Shown piece after piece: positions 46,665 through 64,000 of a stretch of DNA of 64,000 bases. The notes under the pieces are model-generated. The model was not told the origin of the DNA, searched no databases, and saw only the letters and a list, made by a program, of their open reading frames with translations. The DNA comes from the human T2T-CHM13v2.0 reference genome, Homo sapiens. Location of the stretch: assembly GCF_009914755.1 (NCBI RefSeq), contig NC_060925.1; one strand, written 5' to 3'. Numbering within the stretch: the first letter of the stretch is position 1; each line of letters opens with the position of its first letter. The translations under genes and the position numbers were made by a program.

Positions 46665-46800
46665 TTGGCTTACGTCGTCCCTTCAGTTATTATTATTTAT
46701 TTTCTCAAAACCTAGGGTTAATCAGTAACTTGCGGGTCTGGAGACTTTGAATTGCCTGATAGGAGGGCAAAGTGGGCAGGGTCTAGTGAATCAGGACTTT
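46665..46800 (-). promoter_or_regulatory. RNF186: RNF186 proximal promoter (AT-rich TATA-like tract, HNF1 site, HNF4-like sites)
   Basis: GTTAATCAGTAAC at 46717-46729 has one mismatch to the HNF1 consensus GTTAATNATTAAC. HNF4-like CAAAG cores at 46741-46750 and 46764-46776. AT-rich tract at 46687-46703. Confidence 0.6.
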
Positions 46801-46924
46801 CCTGTTGGGGCCAGGTACCTGGTGGGTGCCCACAGAACTGTGGCTCAAGCTTTAGGAGGCAGCAGAATCCAACTCTCTCACCCCCACTTCCCAGGTCCCT
46901 GAACCTTTTATTAATTTTTTTTAT

Positions 46925-47001
46925 TTAACTTTTTTTTTTTTTTTTGAGACGGAGTCTCGTTCTCTCAGGTTGGAGTGCAGTGGCCCGATCTTGGCTCACT
47001 G
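46925..47001 (-). mobile_element. Truncated Alu 3' fragment upstream of RNF186
   Basis: polyT-gagacggagtctcg...gatcttggctcactg, then an abrupt end. Confidence 0.8.
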
Positions 47002-48092
47002 GCATCTACAAATCTGCACAATAAACAGACAGCCCTATGAGTCGGACATAGGTGGATTGGTGGACACTGCTTTCTCAGACACAAACTTTTGGATGTCAGG
47101 ATGAGTGGAAAAAAGTTTGTTTGCACTTGGAGCACATTTACAGGCAGGTGGCCTTGGAAAGAGGAGGGGAGAGGTAAGAAAAGTGAGTGGAAGGAGGACA
47201 AAGCCCAACCCAACGCAGAAAAACAAAACCACATACAGCGCACAGGTGTTTGGCACCTGCTACTGTATTCATTTCCTTAGAGCCACAGCTGTTGTATTCA
47301 CAGTTACGGGTGTATGAACTTCCCATCGGTGCCCTGCTGCACACTTCACATGCCTAATCACAGGTGTCCTGTTTTGTGCTAGGCATGCTGCGTATCCAGT
47401 AGTACTAAGAACAGCTGCCATTTATTTGGGCCTACTCTAAGCCAAGCCCTGTGCCCGGGGTCCCCAGCCCCCATTTCCCGGAACCCTGATACAGCCTTGT
47501 AGGGAAGGCTGGGAAACAAGGGCAGGGTGTGGTCAGGGTAGGCTGCTGGCTGCCTGCCAAGGGGCCTTCCATGGAGCAGGACCTTGTGGAATCTACCAGC
47601 GTCCAAGGTCTGGTTGAATCAATTTCATTGGTTCATTTGGACACAACTGGCCCCAGCCGGGTGGCGTAGGCTAAGAGGACTCATGTGAGACAGGCAGATA
47701 TTAGTAACACAGCAGTTAGGAAAACGTGATTTCCTTACTTTGCCCTCAAGGGCAAATGGCGGGGTGGCATGTGCACTCCCTCAAACAAATGTTTCATTCA
47801 GGCCACTCTGAACTCAGAAGCCCGTGTGAAGGATCCTTTGGTGCTCATGTCACCTGCCAAGGGCCACACAGAGTCCTGTGCCTCTGATTCAGCTCTTTCC
47901 CTTACCCCAGTAGCTGGCACTGCAGGCCACCCTCTGTGTCCTGGAGTCACCAGCCCCAAAGGGGCTCTCTCCCTTGTGGGATCGGTAACTCCCACCTCCC
48001 CACTCCCCCTGGGCCCTCTATCTCTGAAATCCAATACTCTCACCATCCCATCCCATTTCTTCTCAACCTGTAGCTAGACCATCAGTTACCTC

Positions 48093-48550
48093 TGTGAAAG
48101 GAAAATAAATCGTGGGGCCCCAAAATCACTAAGCCACAAGGGAAAGTCAAGCTGGAAACTGCTTAGGGCCAGCCTGCCTCCCATTCTATTCAAAGTCACC
48201 TCTCTGCTCACTGAGACAAATGCATATCTGATTGCCTCCTTTGGAGATGCTAATCAGAAACTCAAAAGAATGTAACCATTCTTATCCACCTGTGACCTGG
48301 AAGCCCCTTCCCCACTTCAGGTCTTCCTGCCTTTGCTTCAAGTTGCTCCACCTTTTCAGATGGAACCAATGTTCATTTTACATATGTTGATTGATGTCTC
48401 ATGTCCCTCTAAAACGTATAAAACCAAGCTGTGCTCTGTCCACCTTGGGCACATGTCATCAGGACCTCCTGAGGCTGTGTCACGGACATGTGTCCTCAAC
48501 CTTGGCAAAATAAACTTTCTAAATTAACTGAGACCTGTCTCAGATACTAA
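48093..48550 (+). mobile_element. MER4-family (ERV1) solo LTR
   Basis: TGTGAAAGGAAAATAAATC...ccccaaaatcactaagcc...gcacatgtcatcaggacctcctgaggctgtgtcacgg...taaattaactgagacctgtctcaga. Confidence 0.8.
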
Positions 48551-48629
48551 GGTATAGATACACATCTATATCACGTTTTCCCCCAGATCAAGCTGAAGGT
48601 GGCCTTGGATCTAGGCATGTTTTTTCCCC

Positions 48630-49170
48630 CATGCCTAGCATTCTTTCCCCTTTTTTGGGTAACAGTTCTCTGTTTTCACTTTGGGCAACCACTGCTTCCC
48701 ACCGTCATTCTGTGCTCACGGAGAGGGTGATGTCTGGCTCCAGCTCTCTGGAAGTGGGGCCCTGATACAATTCAGGACAGGCCAGTTAGCATGCTCTGCT
48801 CTGCTAGCTGCAGCCATTGGTTTGAGCGTAGGCATATAATCGAAGCCAAGCCAATGAGATTCAATTCTGAGACTTCTGTTGGAGCCCTTGAGAAGTTTCT
48901 CTTTGTGCTGGGTTTCTAAGTTAGAGGATGGAACCCTGGGGCTGCCAGGACCACAGTGTGCAGAGAACCTGCTCAAGAGTAAGGTCAGCACAAAAGAAAA
49001 ATGAGAAAAGAATCAGACAAAGGCCTGATGATGTTATTTGAACACCTGAAGCAGGACACCTAGCATTGGATTTTTTCAAGGATATTAACCTATAAAATCT
49101 ACCCTGATTTTTATTCTTAAGTCAGTTCAAATTGAACTTCTGTCCCTTGCAAGTGAAAGACCTCTATGTA
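48630..49170. mobile_element. MLT1 LTR relic
   Basis: gccattggtttgagcgtaggcatat...agccaagccaatgagattcaattctgagactt. Confidence 0.55.
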
Positions 49171-49475
49171 ACACAGCAATGGATGAAGAAAAGAAGCCTT
49201 TACTTGCTCTCTGACAAAGGGTCAGGCATTGATGAGACAACCAGACTTTGTACACGGACAAGAGTGACCGAATGCCTGTGTGTTACCATGCTAGAAGAGA
49301 TTCTGTGTTTTCTCTGCTTGGACTTGCATTGCATAATGTTATTTTCTGTTTGTGAGACCCTAGGATGGATTAGGGATGAGAGGAGAAAAATGTGTTGAGC
49401 CACATTCATTTATAATAAGAATAGAAAATCAGGTGGGCCACACAGTGATGTTGGCTTGGCCAGTGTCCCTCTCAC

Positions 49476-49746
49476 TTTTTTTTGAGATAGAGTCTCGCTC
49501 TGTCTTGCCCAGGCTGGAGTGCGACCTCTGCCTCCCGGGCTCAAGCGATTCTCTTGTCTCAGCCTCCTGAGTAGCTGGGACTACAGGCGTGTGCCACCAC
49601 ACCCGGCTAATATTGTATTTTTAGTGGAGATGGGCTTTCACTATGTTGGCCAGATCGGTCTCAAACTCCTGACCTCAGGTGATTCACCTGCCTCAGCCTC
49701 CCAAAATGCTAGGATTACAGGCATGAGCCGCTTCACCCAGCCGGCC
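49476..49746 (-). mobile_element. Alu with internal deletion
   Basis: Antisense Alu; TSD ggccagtg(t)cc. Confidence 0.85.
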
Positions 49747-50063
49747 AGTGCCTCTCTCTCTAGCCAGCTTAATGGGAAATCAAATTGTCAGAAGGTAGCT
49801 GAGTGAGGTTGAAATCAGACCAAGGGAAGTTATTTGGGGTTAGAGCCTAAAAAATAACCTTTTAACATCATTGGGCAACCACCGTTAAGAAAACATATTG
49901 GCTGGAACAACCCAAGTATTACAGAAATAAAGTAGAATGTGAAAGTTCATCTTACTGCAACCCCTGAGAAATGACCACTGTTAACAGAGCATTCCTTCCT
50001 GTTGTCCTCCTCCTACCATCTTGGCTTAGGAACAACTTTGTTTCTCAAAAGTGCCTTGCCTTA

Positions 50064-50504
<441 letters not shown>

Positions 50505-51634
50505 TTAACACTTGAGGAAATTATGGATTATTTAAGCCCTCCACCCCTGACTACAACCTGCTCACAGGAGGCTTAGTAATTTATGTACTTTGGGTTGTAA
50601 CTGACCTAGGTGAAATTGATCTCTTCCAGGGACATGAGATAAGACACTTTGGTGACTGATTCGGCCAATGCTTCTTGAAGAGGAGTGAATATGGGCAGAG
50701 TCTGAGGTGGAGCCTGAAGCAGATCTACCCCAGGGGAATTCAAAAGTGTCTCCGGAGACTTAAAATGTTAAATTCATCTAGGTTTCACATTCTTCTCCAT
50801 GTTCTATTTGTGCTTACTGCAACATTAGAATCCCGAAGCATGCACGAATCCTTCCAAATCTCCAAATAAAACATATTTGTTTGTTTTAATTGCTGTACAA
50901 ATATGAACTCATTAATCTTGAGTAAAGCTTTTTTTTCTTTTTTCATTTGAAATGCAGTTTCTTCCATCTTATGGCTTCTCACAGCCCTGGGGTCATACGC
51001 ACTCCATCGTGAGAAACACAGTCTCATGTTGGGGTGAAATTTCAAGCCTAGCTGCAGGCTGGGGAGCCGGAGCCAGTCCAGTTGAGGAAGATCATGTTGG
51101 AAATCACATGTGCAAGGAACCACACACCCATGTACCTTTGCAAAAACATGTCTGATCTGAATTTTAGGCCTCCCGTCAAGTCAGAAAGGAGTCAGGTGGC
51201 AGCACTGTTCTGAGATCAAACTGTCCACTCATCTTTGGCCTCTGTCCTGATCAGCTGACCCTCACCCCACACTCCAGTGAACACAGGGAGCCAGGTCCCA
51301 GCCAAACGCCGAGTTGCTCTCCACTCCTCCTTGCCTTGGGCTGAATGGAAACCATCTCAGCTCACACTCTTGTCCCAGAATTCTCGCCTCTGTGCTCCTT
51401 AGAGCATGGCAGGCTCCATCCCTATTTTCAGCCCCCCACCCCCACCCCCACCCCTCACCAAGAATCTGCGTGTCTGAGGATAGATTGCCAAGGAGACAGA
51501 AGAAAGGGATCTGGAACCAAAATAACAATAATGAGAAAATTATGACTGTATAGAGAGAAAGACAATGTAACAGAGATAGTGAATGCCTCGGGCACAAACT
51601 GCAGGAAGTTGGAAAACTACACTGTCTTTTTTTT

Positions 51635-52172
<538 letters not shown>

Positions 52173-52349
52173 TAAACTGTCTTTTTTTTCTGTTGCTTAA
52201 AAATAATTATGTTAAAAAATACACGTTGATTGTAAAAAAAAAAAAAGGGATTACTGATGAACAAAAAGAAAAAGACATCAGTAATCAGTAATCTCACAGC
52301 CCACAGAGAAGGAGAGTTAATTCTGAATATTTCCTTTTAGACTGCTTGT

Positions 52350-52657
<308 letters not shown>

Positions 52658-53898
52658 TAGACTGCTTTCTGTGTATACTTCTACAGACCTCCCCCGTACA
52701 CCCCCGCCCCCACCAAAATGGGAATCTACTATTTACATTTTAGTAATTTATATTTTTACTTAATAGATTATCAGTACATCTCTTTCCATATTAATAAATA
52801 CATTTCAAATCATTCCTGAAGGTTGTATATTATTCCATCATGTGAATGTACCATATTTTAATTCATCAATTCCTATGAGTTAAATATTTAGACTGTTTCC
52901 ATTTTTCACTGTTATCAACAGTCCTGTGATGGGTATCCTTGGATGTGCACTTTTCATTTTTGGCCTTTTCAAAATTGTATTATGTATGTTATCTTCTTTC
53001 TCTGCCTTTTGGACAGTGGTTCAGGTCTTAAAACTTGGATCTGTGATGACCTGTTTATGAACCTGGTTTAAGCCAGAAGGTTGGAATTATTAGCTAAGCA
53101 GCAACAGAAAAAAAAATTTTTGTCCAACTCAGAATTATTATAGTGTACCTACCCCGGAGGTTATAGAAATCAGACGACGAACCTCTAGGACTACATGTTC
53201 TTTGAGTTTGGAATAATTCTAGGGTCTGGACCCATTTCCCACTGCCATCTCTAAACTTTCTCATCCCTCCCACCCTTATCTGTGACCTCCTTCTGATTGT
53301 TCTCTTAGTTTCTGACCATCTCCTGGGACACATCTGGCCTGTCTTGAAATTCCATTCTTAACTGTTCCCTCAATTCTATGATCCTGACCCTGACCCTGAC
53401 CCAGCCCTAACCCCTGGCCCTTTCAACACTGTGATATGTATGTCATCTTGTATCTCTGCCTTTTTGGCAGTAGTGCAGGTGCCAAACTTGGATCTAAGCT
53501 TAAGGCTAAGCTAGTGGGCAAAGGGAATCCCACCTTTGCACTTGGCCCAGGCTCCAGTGGGAGAGCAGGCTCCCACTTGGCAGAGATGGATCATCTCACC
53601 TGGTGTGAGACGTTCTTGTCTTTACCCTCCATAACCTCTTTCCCTCATCCTCCACTGTTTGGATTAAGAATGGGAATCCTGGAAGAGAAGAGTTTTGGGA
53701 AGAGTTGTTCTTACTTATTCATGGGAGTAGATGCATGAATAAGATGCATGATATGTCTTTGGCTGACAAATCAAAACATCTGAGGTCTGGGCTTTGTCAG
53801 GCACTACTGCCTTAAACCATAGATGATCAACTCTAATCAAACACCTGGCGGAGAGACATTTTTATCTGGAGGAATTTAGCTCATCTGTTCCTCCAGAT

Positions 53899-54220
53899 CA
53901 GTACTTCTTAAACTGTGGTTCATGCATCTCTAGTTTTCTGTGAGCTTCTAAAAGGTACTTCTGAAAAAATCTGGGGGTGGGTGAAGAAGAGAGTTCCACA
54001 GACAAATCAGTTTGAGAAATAATGCATCCTTCACTTGACCTTGGAGATTCACAATGGGCATTAGAGCATTAAAAGCTTTTAGAAATCCAGCAGTTAAAAC
54101 ACCTGCTTGATTTTGTTTACTCCTGACTTTAATTTGCCTGTGGAACTCTTTTCATACAAAACACTTCTTAATGCTATGTACAACTCTGGGGTTCTGAGAG
54201 ACACAGTTTAGGAAATGCTG
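53899..54220. mobile_element. Old hAT-Charlie-type DNA transposon relic (family unresolved)
   Basis: cagtacttcttaaactgtg...cacagtttaggaaatgctg imperfect terminal inverted repeats. Confidence 0.5.
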
Positions 54221-54711
54221 AGGGATCAAGCTAAGCCATTAGAAAGTTGCATTTGACTCTGGGCTTTCTAATCACTCTCATTGAGTTGTATTTTGGGACT
54301 ATTCTGTTAGCTTCCTTCAAAGGATGCGTTAGGAAATAGGGTTAAGAAAACTGTTACTGCATTTGCCTTCAGGATGTGGCCTGGGATGCTATATGACAGT
54401 ATTCAGTATCACCTAAACAGAGCATGTGAAAATTTTCTTTTGGGGCCAAGTGTTGGAAAAAGCTTTTTGCTTCCTCTGACTGCAAATTGTGTCTGTTCTC
54501 ACTACTCAGATATTCTGAACTACATAATTGACTGTTTTCCATTTTTGCTTTGGCCACCAGGAAGCTCAACAATAGCTACCGTGAAATGTCACTTTTTGCA
54601 TGTGATGCTGCATTCCATCTCCATCCTTTTAGTCTATATTTTCTATCCTAGTTTATAGTTTACCCTCTCCTGGTGCCTGATGTTTGGTTTTTGTATTTAT
54701 ATTTCACTTGA

Positions 54712-55429
<718 letters not shown>

Positions 55430-57061
55430 CTATAGGACAGCAGGCAGAGGTAGGGGGAGAGTGTAGGTGTGTAACCTGGCATCCTCGGGCTTTCTCAAGA
55501 TTAAACCCCTGGGCTTTTGCCTCTTTCGACTCATGCTGTCCTGGATACCGAAAGCTTGGAGACAGCATGTGCCTTTGTGAGAACACTTCTCCACCTGTCC
55601 TCTGCTCGTCACATTCCAGGGAGCACAGACCCGGGGTCTGGACTACTGGACCATGTAAAAATTAATCATCCCAAGCATGGTCTTTGATCCATTAAACTGC
55701 TATCCATGGTGAAATCAGCCCAAGCACATAAGGTTGCCAAACTAGCCCCTCTTTATTTCCCAAAATGTCCAGTCTTGGCCTTCCCAGAGTTCTCCTGGGA
55801 GGAAGACACTCAACTCAAAATAAGAGAGGGTCCTGAGCTCATGGGCTTTGAGTGGAGGGTGGGAGGCTGTTTTTCAATAGACTAGCATATTGGACAGACC
55901 TGTCTTCAAATCTTAGCTGTGTGTCTTCCAAGAACCAACTTATTTTGTTTCTTCATCTGCCTAATGGAGATCAAAATAGCGTTTGTGTCAGGAATCTTAT
56001 TTTGGTTATAAGAGTTGGAAAATTCCACTCAAGCTGGCAGAACCCACAAATAAAGGGCATTTCTTGGCTCATGTGACTGAGAAGTCCAGAGGTGGTTTAG
56101 CTTTGGGTGGATTTTGACCACGTGGCTCTTGCAAGAGCTGCCATTTGTTGAGTGCTTCATGGGTTAGTCATTTACTCCCCCTTGGTGAGAAGCGACTTCC
56201 TGTGGCTCTTCTGTTGTTTTCTTTCCTGCCTTGATTTCTTTATCTGTAGAAAGGGGATAGTATTGTCTACTTTATAGAATTGCATGAGGCTTGGAGATAA
56301 TGTGTGGAAAAAGCACCGAACATAGTGCTTGGAGCATAAGAGTTTCTCAGTCAATGCAAAGTTTCTGTATTATTCAGGATCAAGAAGAAAACTTGAGGGA
56401 AGATAGAGACCTCCCTGCCCTAGGTCTTCTACCCTTGTCATCTTGGGTGAAGAGGGGACCATGCTTAGTGTCACAGTGCCTCCCAGAAGCAACGTTCTCA
56501 ATGGGGGTCTGCATGGAGGACAGCACCCTGAGCTCACTTCTCCTTTAGCCACAAGCCATGAGCATGATCATGTGCCCTCAGGGGTAGAGGGAGCCCCAGA
56601 CACCCAACCCTTGCTACTCCCAATACTCCTGGTTCACAATAACCTCAGGACCCCAGACTTCCAGGTCATTCCTCACATTGGGCTTGTGAATCTCCAAAAG
56701 GCTCTGTCACGTTCTATTCAGTCCCCTTCCCCACCCCTCCCTGCCAACTTTCCATGCTGCCCTCTGGAGTTCACCTCGATTATCAGCAAGAATCCCAACA
56801 TGCTGACTTCTCCGAGTTCCTTTCACTCTGTGGCTCTCACAGAAGCCCAGCCCCCCTGGGACTCTGGCCTGCTGCCCTCTCCAGCAGAGGCTGCTTTTCC
56901 TCTCACAACGCTGGCACTGCTGGGCCTGCAGGTGGGGCAGGTGCCTTCCTTGCTCCCTTACTGCCATATATAGACCCTTCTCTTTCCCCTTATCCTAAAA
57001 CCACTCCGCTTGACCCTCGTGTCATCAGATGACACATTCCCCCACTCCTCCTTGTCCTTGT

Positions 57062-57361
57062 CTTTTTTTTTTGAGATGAAGTCTCACTCTGTCACCACCT
57101 AGGCTGGAGTTCAGTGGTACAATCTAGGCTCACTGCAACCTTTGCCTTCCAGGTTCGAGCGATTCTCCTGCCTCAGTCTCCTGAGTAGCTGGGATTACAG
57201 GTGTGCACCACCACGCTTGGCAATTTTTTTTTTGTATTTTTAGTACAGACAAGGGTTTCGCCATGTTGGCTAGGCTGGTCTTGAACTCCTGACCGCAAAT
57301 GATCCATCTGCCTTGCCCTCCCAAACTGCTGAGATTACAGGTGTGAGCCACTGTACCTGGA
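57062..57361 (-). mobile_element. Alu
   Basis: Antisense Alu inside L2-like sequence. Confidence 0.9.
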
Positions 57362-57879
57362 CTTTGTCCTGGTCTTTTGCTGACTTCTCGCTCATTCTCC
57401 CTCATTCTTCCATGGTCTGGGCTCCCAGCTCACCGTTGCTTTCTCCCCTGACTCCAGCCTTAATTCATAATGATTTCACATGTTGGTGATCTCCAAACCC
57501 CAGGCCCTCAGTTCTTCCCCATCACTCCCTCAGTGATCTCAACCTCCACTCAACCTCAGCCCCTTGCTCCAATGAGCATATTTTGTTTTTACCAATAAGT
57601 CGTAGTATCAGCTTCATGCATCCAGCTCTCTACCTGCCACTTCCTATCTTTCTAGCCCATTCTCTTTAGTCCTCAAACTCTGACAATCCTTGGACACCGG
57701 CACTCCCAGTGTTCCTGTGAGAGTTTCATGGCCCCTCAACCCTCAATATCCTCATCCCTTGCCTTCTCCAATATTTAATAATCCCAATGATTACAATCAC
57801 CAACTCTTTGATACAAACCAGTTCTCCACACTTTATTTATTATTTTTGAGAGGCGGTTATTTTTATTATATTAGGTATA

Positions 57880-58170
57880 TATATTTTGAGACAAGATCTT
57901 GTTCTATTGTCCAGGCTGGAGTGCAGTGGTGGAACATAGTTCACTGCAGCCTCCACTTTCTGGGCTTAAGTGATCCTCCCATCTCAGTCTCCTGAGTAGC
58001 TGGGACTGCAGGTACACCTCTGTGCCCAGTTTTTTTTATTTTTATTTTTTTCGTAGAGACAGAGTCTCACTGTGTTGCTCGGGCTGGTCTCGAACTGCTG
58101 GCCTCCACCTCCCACCTCTGCCACCCAAAGTTTTAGGATGATAGACATGAACCACTGCGCCAGGCTTGGC
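57880..58170 (-). mobile_element. Alu (AluJ-like)
   Basis: Diverged antisense Alu. Confidence 0.85.
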
Positions 58171-58760
58171 CTCACTTTCAAATTTCAACTGGGATCTTCC
58201 AATGAGCCTTCAATGCTGCTAGGCAAGTACCCACTATGTCCCTAGACCATTCACTGTCCCTTCTCCACTTCGTTTTTTCACACTCTCTGCTCTCTCCTCA
58301 AAGCCCAACCCCTGAGAAGTAACCCATGAGATAAGAGAAAAAGATGGTGTTCTGGGAGTCAAAGAAAGAAAGAAAGGAGGGCGTGATCAACCAGGTCAAA
58401 TGCTGCTTCTATTGCATAAGTAAATCAAGGGCTAAAGATTGCCCATTGGATTTAACATGGAGGTCATTGGTGGAATGGTGGGAATTAAAGCCTGATTTAA
58501 TAATTTTAAGAGAAGAGGAGTGTATACCCAGAATTTGTGCATTTCATTGTATGTAAATTTTGCCTCAAAAGAAAGGAAATATAAACAAATATTGTATAAT
58601 AGGTATTGACACACATACTAAAGAATTTAAGGAGAAGTGTATTGGTATCTGCAATTTACTTTGAATTACATAAAAAAATAAGATGAGTTGATGAATGGTT
58701 AGAAGGATGATTAGATAAGCAATGAAGCAAGTATAATAGAATATTGATGGTAGAATCTAG

Positions 58761-62125
<3,365 letters not shown>

Positions 62126-62429
62126 CAACCTTCCCCTTTTCAGTTGATGACAAGTCCATTCTTCAAGTTGCTCAGGTGAAAAACCTTGGAGTTGTTTTTG
62201 ATTCTTCTCTTTCTTTCACACTCTATAGCCAATTGGTCAGAAATCTAATTGGCTCTATCTTCAGTATATATCCTGAATCTAATTACTTCTCACCATTGCC
62301 ACTGCTACCACCCTTGTCGAAGCCACCATCATCTCACTCCTGGATTATTGGTGATAGCCCCCTGATAGGCCCTCCTGCTACCACCCTTGTCCCCCTACAT
62401 ATTCTCAACTCACCAGATATTAAACAGCA

Positions 62430-63708
62430 ACGATTTAAAAATGGAAGTAAAGACGTTTGAAAATTCTCTCCTCCATAAAAGCAAGAATAAAATAGGCAAA
62501 AATATGTCAGAATCAACTCTTCAGAACTTTGGAAATTAACCAAAGGCTTGCAGCAATATGGGGAGTGTTTATTCAAGAAAAATAGCTGAATCTTAATGAT
62601 AAAAGCAAGCTCTATGGTATTTTAACTTGCACTATTTTCATTACCCTCTCTCTAATGCTGGGGTAGTCATGAAAACCAGCAGCCCACAATGATGGTAAAA
62701 ACCAGCAGCCAGACAGCCACAAGAAGGGGAAGCTGGGGTTGGAGCTTCTTCAAAATGCCATTCTCAGAGAATTGTCATTATGTGATTTGTGCGGTGGTTC
62801 ACTGGAAGACCCTCTTTGCAACACTCTCTTTATTTGTCTTGACTTGGAGCTCACCCAATGTTTAAAGCCTTCTTCCCAGAGGTGTTCGGCAGAAACATTT
62901 AGAAGAAATTATTTAACTTTGTGGTTGCCTGAAATAGTGGGTAACTGTTGGTGTGAACAATAGGCTATTTGAAATGCTTGAAAGGAAAAAAAAATACAGG
63001 AAATGAGGTATTCACAGGGGCTATGAAAAACTCTGACATATACCTGAGAACCTAGAAAACCACATGCATGCACGCAGCTGTGAGTATGCCAAGGGCTATG
63101 CATGTACTCAGGAAAAACGTAGGAAGACCCTATGCTCTTAACTCTGTTTGGCCTTGAGGATCTGCACAAGTAGGAAGTGAAGACTAAGGCAGAGTTTTCA
63201 GCTATCTGGCTGAATGTTGAAAGAATGCCCCAGCACACACACACAGAGCCCCTTGACAAAGATTGGAGAACTTATAAGTTCTTGGTGATTAAGAAAATCT
63301 CTGTCCAATGACTGACAGATCGCTAAGCTTACCAAGGAAAGGCTTTAGTGACTATACACAACAAAGAATAAGGCTTTACAGAATTAGTTCAGAAAAGTCA
63401 TGAAATAGGCAACAACTGCAATAACAACAGACAGCACCACCAACAAACCCTCAGGAGGGAGGAGAAATCTCATGCCCAGCATTGCCACATTATATTGCTT
63501 AAAATGTCCAGTTTTAAACATAAATTTATGAGACATACAAAGAGACAATACAGTACGGCCCATACACAGGAAAAAGGCAATCACTAGAATTCTTCCCTGA
63601 GGAAAACCCCAGATGCTGAACTTAATAGACAAAGATTTTAAATCAACTATTTAAAATATGTTCAAAGAACTAAAGGAAAACAAGTCTAAAGAAATAAAGG
63701 AAAGTATG
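62430..63708 (+). mobile_element. Old L1M 5'/ORF1-region relic
   Basis: tcagaatcaactcttcagaactttggaaattaaccaaaggcttgcagcaat...gaacttaatagacaaagattttaaatcaactatttaaaatatgttcaaagaactaaagg. Confidence 0.65.

Positions 63709-64000
<292 letters not shown>

Overview
Human-type (primate, Alu-rich) genomic DNA, recognisable from its proteins as the 1p36.13 TMCO4-RNF186 interval; both genes lie on the minus strand. The left half holds the 5' part of TMCO4: a CpG-island promoter and first exon (~31.2-31.3 kb), two 5'UTR exons (29511-29589, 18413-18504) and three coding exons (11962-12148, 2709-2883 and a 28-nt microexon at 1943-1970) that splice in frame. The gene continues off the left edge. The single-exon RING-TM E3 ligase RNF186 (CDS 45806-46489) has an HNF1/HNF4-type promoter, a short uORF and a non-canonical polyA signal. 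Most of the rest is interspersed repeat: about 47 Alus, L1/L2/MIR relics, THE1, MER4-type, LTR16 and MLT1 LTRs, and MER1/MER5/MER30/MER53/MER58/MADE1 DNA elements. I find no new multi-gene system. The most unusual structures are three apparent templated-insertion scars: a 127-bp MIR segment copied into a MER1 element so that direct repeats bracket the TMCO4 start exon, a 64-bp L2 segment copied 930 bp away, and a ~210-bp foreign segment inside the TSD-bounded tail of one Alu. Repeat family names and boundaries are by eye and need RepeatMasker/Dfam confirmation.
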